NCBI GenBank assembly: GCA_001938485.1
Contig: MQRK01216646.1
Location: 1 to 64,000 of the forward strand
Direction of reading: 5' to 3'
DNA length: 64,000 nucleotides
Source: Girardia tigrina
Lineage: Eukaryota
Shown: positions 63,212-64,000 of the stretch, piece after piece
How the letters are laid out: every line of letters starts with the position of its first letter
Numbering within the stretch: the first letter of the stretch is position 1
The notes under the pieces: model-generated
Database searches by the model: none
What the model was told of the DNA's origin: nothing
What the model saw: the letters and a program-made list of their open reading frames with translations, nothing else
Position numbers and translations under genes: made by a program

Positions 63212-64000
63212 TATTGTGTATATTGTAGTTTATTAATGTGGTTTATGTTTTTATAATTTTTTAATTTGGTGAGAACGAAACTGAATAAATTAAAAAATTG
63301 ATATTTTCAAAAAATTCTACCTAAAGGAAGTCTTTATTTTGTCCCTGTGAAAAATATCATGTAGGGGCCTCTGCTCCTAAATAAGCTTCCCCCGACAGGA
63401 CGGATAACTAAGTATTTTAGAGAATTTAGAACCAGCATTAGCGTACACTGTACACTGTATAAGGTAGTAAGCCATAGACTCTGTATCGAGTATAAACCAC
63501 AAATAGACAATACAGAGCCTACTGACTTTCTCGCACGCTTAAGATGTAAGAATACGAACTTTCAATGCACGAACACGCTTCTGTTTCCTAGTCCGAAAGA
63601 ACCAGTCATGATCCCCATTACCGTGATTTCGTAGAGCTTTGGCTGTGTAAACACATTTTAAAAAATATTTTCTTAGATTTTAGCATCCAATTATAATTTT
63701 CAAATCTCTTAGTAAAATAATTTTTATTCAATTTTTTTCTAAATATTATTTATCCTGTGGGTGCCCATTCTCTGAATCTAGGTCTGTCTTTACTTTACTA
63801 ATCATCATAAAACAGTTCGGTTGAAGATTTAAAATTGATCTAAGGAATTGTATTTCAAAATATGAAATGATTATATTTGCGAATAAGACGAAATTTATTA
63901 AACACAAAATTTACTGATAGAAAATTGGTTACTTTTATTATAATGTATTATAAAAAATTATAAAACTTTTATGATAAATATTAAATTATTATTAAAAACT

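Overview
This is very AT-rich eukaryotic (animal-like) DNA with about a dozen N-gaps. Short GT..AG introns and the transposon spectrum fit an invertebrate such as a planarian flatworm, but the host cannot be fixed from the sequence alone. I find no intact host protein-coding gene, rRNA, tRNA or CRISPR array. The window is a nested transposon graveyard. It holds the end of a probable Polinton/Maverick (1-292), about a dozen Tc1/mariner/pogo copies (six Tc1/mariner with both TIRs, two with spliceosomal introns, one clearly Minos-like), hAT, Merlin, Helitron and MITE remnants, several Ty3/Gypsy and BEL/Pao fragments, five solo LTRs of one family with 5-bp TSDs, Penelope-like fragments carrying minimal hammerhead ribozymes, and a truncated chimeric histone H4. 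The most striking unexplained signal is a 21-bp-phased array of RFX X-box palindromes (GTTGCCATGGTAAC) just inside the Polinton-like terminus. Next are a perfect fold-back Penelope end with two hammerheads, the short-tailed H4 chimera, and several orphan coding-like islands. All calls were made by eye and no searches were run. Boundaries not anchored by a TIR or TSD are approximate.
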